DNA from: Terriglobia bacterium
GTDB taxonomy: Bacteria > Acidobacteriota > Terriglobia > Versatilivoradales > Versatilivoraceae
Assembly (NCBI GenBank): GCA_035541995.1
Contig: DATKMG010000695.1
Span: 1 to 46,817 of the forward strand
DNA length: 46,817 bases
Reading direction: 5' to 3'
Part shown: in pieces, positions 45,762 to 46,817 of the stretch
Numbering within the stretch: position 1 is the stretch's first letter
How the letters are laid out: each line of letters opens with the position of its first letter
The notes under the pieces: model-generated
Database searches by the model: none
Seen by the model: only the letters and a program-made list of their open reading frames with translations
Told to the model about the DNA's origin: nothing
Made by a program: the position numbers and the translations under genes

Positions 45762-46817
45762 CTTGGTAACAGACCCCCAAGGGCCAGCTCCTTGAGCAAA
45801 GTATTGACGATTTGACGGGCTTCATCCATTCGCGCCGGTATCGGATCATGAGGGATCTTGGTGCGGTCAAATTGCTGGGTAGCCAGATCCACGGCGCGCC
45901 CCAGTTCTTTCTGACCTCGGTTGACAAGGCCACTAGACTCCGCTCGGCCCCGTGCCGTCTCAAGGCCTTGCCGTGCCAGCCAGAGGCATTCATAGTCCTC
46001 GATCCCCTTGCGCAGCATTTCCCACTGGATGCTGTCTACGGGTCCCTCGCCACCCGGATACACGAACCACATGTCGCCTGAATGCCACTTGTAAAGAGGT
46101 TGGTCCCAAAAATTCTCCGGCCACCAGAAGTCCCACGCCCAGCGAATGTAGCCGTCGAAATCCCATTTCCAAATAATCCAGCCGAGGTAGCGCGATTCCA
46201 GCGGTTGGGAGAATATAAAGGTATTGGGATAGATTGGAGTTACAGCGGTATACATGAGCGTCCGTTTGCCGGCCTTTCGGCGGGCGGGGATATCGGGCAA
46301 TTCAATTCCTGAGCCGGGGCTGTAATAACCATAATGGAAGGCAAGCTCGCGCGACTCAGCAGAGTAACGACCCTTTTCATCGCCGCCGCTGACCATCAAT
46401 TTTAGGTCAGGCGCAACCTGGTGGAAAAAAGGAACGACACCATCGAGCACTGCCGTCGCGATTTCATCGAACGCCAGGTAGGTTTTGCCCAACCATCCTC
46501 TCTCACGCAGGTGTTCCTGAAAAGCCTTTGCAAATTCGCCCCACACCGCCTTGTATTCGTCCGAACCCGCCGGCAGACGAAGTTTACGGCGCTGCCCATT
46601 CTGAGTGTCGGTGTAGATAATGAAGGAATGGTCAGAGCCAGGCTGGACCAGCGGCGACCAGCACTCGATGTGGTCGGAAATCCCGGCGCGAAGGCACAGG
46701 CTAACCCAGCGATCAAAGGGAGAGAAGTCAAGAATCAAATGCTCCTGCCCGCCCGGCTTCCATTCTCCCGGGAACCTCCACTCAATCAGATTCCGGACTG
46801 CGAAGCCCGTATCGCCT
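45758..46817 (-). CDS. DUF4091/GH123-like protein, 5'-partial (continues beyond the right window edge)
   Basis: I translated the frame by hand and it stays open upstream of the ORF-track TTG at 46738 to the window end (...GDTGFAVRNLIEWRFPGEWKPGGQEH-LILDF...). The conserved block is IQWEMLRKGIEDYECLWLA. Confidence 0.5.
   Translation of the reverse strand, partial: GDTGFAVRNLIEWRFPGEWKPGGQEHLILDFSPFDRWVSLCLRAGISDHIECWSPLVQPGSDHSFIIYTDTQNGQRRKLRLPAGSDEYKAVWGEFAKAFQEHLRERGWLGKTYLAFDEIATAVLDGVVPFFHQVAPDLKLMVSGGDEKGRYSAESRELAFHYGYYSPGSGIELPDIPARRKAGKRTLMYTAVTPIYPNTFIFSQPLESRYLGWIIWKWDFDGYIRWAWDFWWPENFWDQPLYKWHSGDMWFVYPGGEGPVDSIQWEMLRKGIEDYECLWLARQGLETARGRAESSGLVNRGQKELGRAVDLATQQFDRTKIPHDPIPARMDEARQIVNTLLKELALGGLLPR

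Noticed and set aside
1-46817. A search for CRISPR arrays, rRNA, transposase/integrase genes, prophage or toxin-antitoxin modules.
   Set aside because: I saw no regularly spaced direct repeats of 25-40 nt, no rRNA-like conserved stretches and no ORF with DDE, tyrosine-recombinase or phage structural motifs. The octamer-periodic motifs are far too short to be CRISPR.

Overview
This is a 46.8-kb chromosomal window. Spot counts of 60-nt lines give about 50-60% GC for most of it, with one island of about 70-77% GC. I assign it by inference to an Acidobacteriota-like soil bacterium. The basis is the gene content: receptor Ser/Thr kinases fused to PD40/TolB-type beta-propellers, Tat-exported Gfo/Idh/MocA oxidoreductases and xylose-isomerase-like TIM barrels, MacB/FtsX permeases, an ECF sigma factor and many hairpin repeats.

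Gene order:
- 364-2463: a signal-less HtrA-like protease, a LuxR regulator with a degenerate receiver domain, and a truncated second protease.
- 2510-3478: an aldo/keto reductase.
- 3666-9180, minus strand: a pentose-phosphate operon (histidine phosphatase, tal, pgi, gnd, pgl) with no zwf.
- 9444-12772: an ECF sigma factor, a membrane anti-sigma-like protein and an ABC-2 transporter.
- 13515-18394: ArsR, an RND pump and its adaptor.
- 18488-27131, minus strand: three tandem receptor kinase genes plus a fourth 5' remnant.
- 27273-27628: a frameshifted DUF3303-like small gene.
- 28040-31475: a Tat TIM-barrel protein, a secreted hypothetical protein and an MFS transporter.
- 31628-35512: a MacA-like adaptor plus two MacB-type permeases without an ATPase.
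- 36007-38400: a Tat-exported oxidoreductase and TIM-barrel pair.
- 38662-40236: a TPR protein.
- 40408-46817: a secreted GH42-like enzyme and two DUF4091/GH123-like proteins, the last running off the window.

I found no tRNA, rRNA, CRISPR array, transposase or integrase.

The most notable signals are the mosaic kinase array (a GC island in one sensor half, a near-identical tract between two kinase domains, and a kinase 5' remnant abutting a hairpin-repeat block), several families of structured intergenic repeats (one supplies the last codons of pgl), the protease/pseudo-receiver module, and a possible periplasmic oxidative glycoside-cleavage pair next to a glycan-degradation locus. All functional calls rest on motif recognition by eye; no database search was run.
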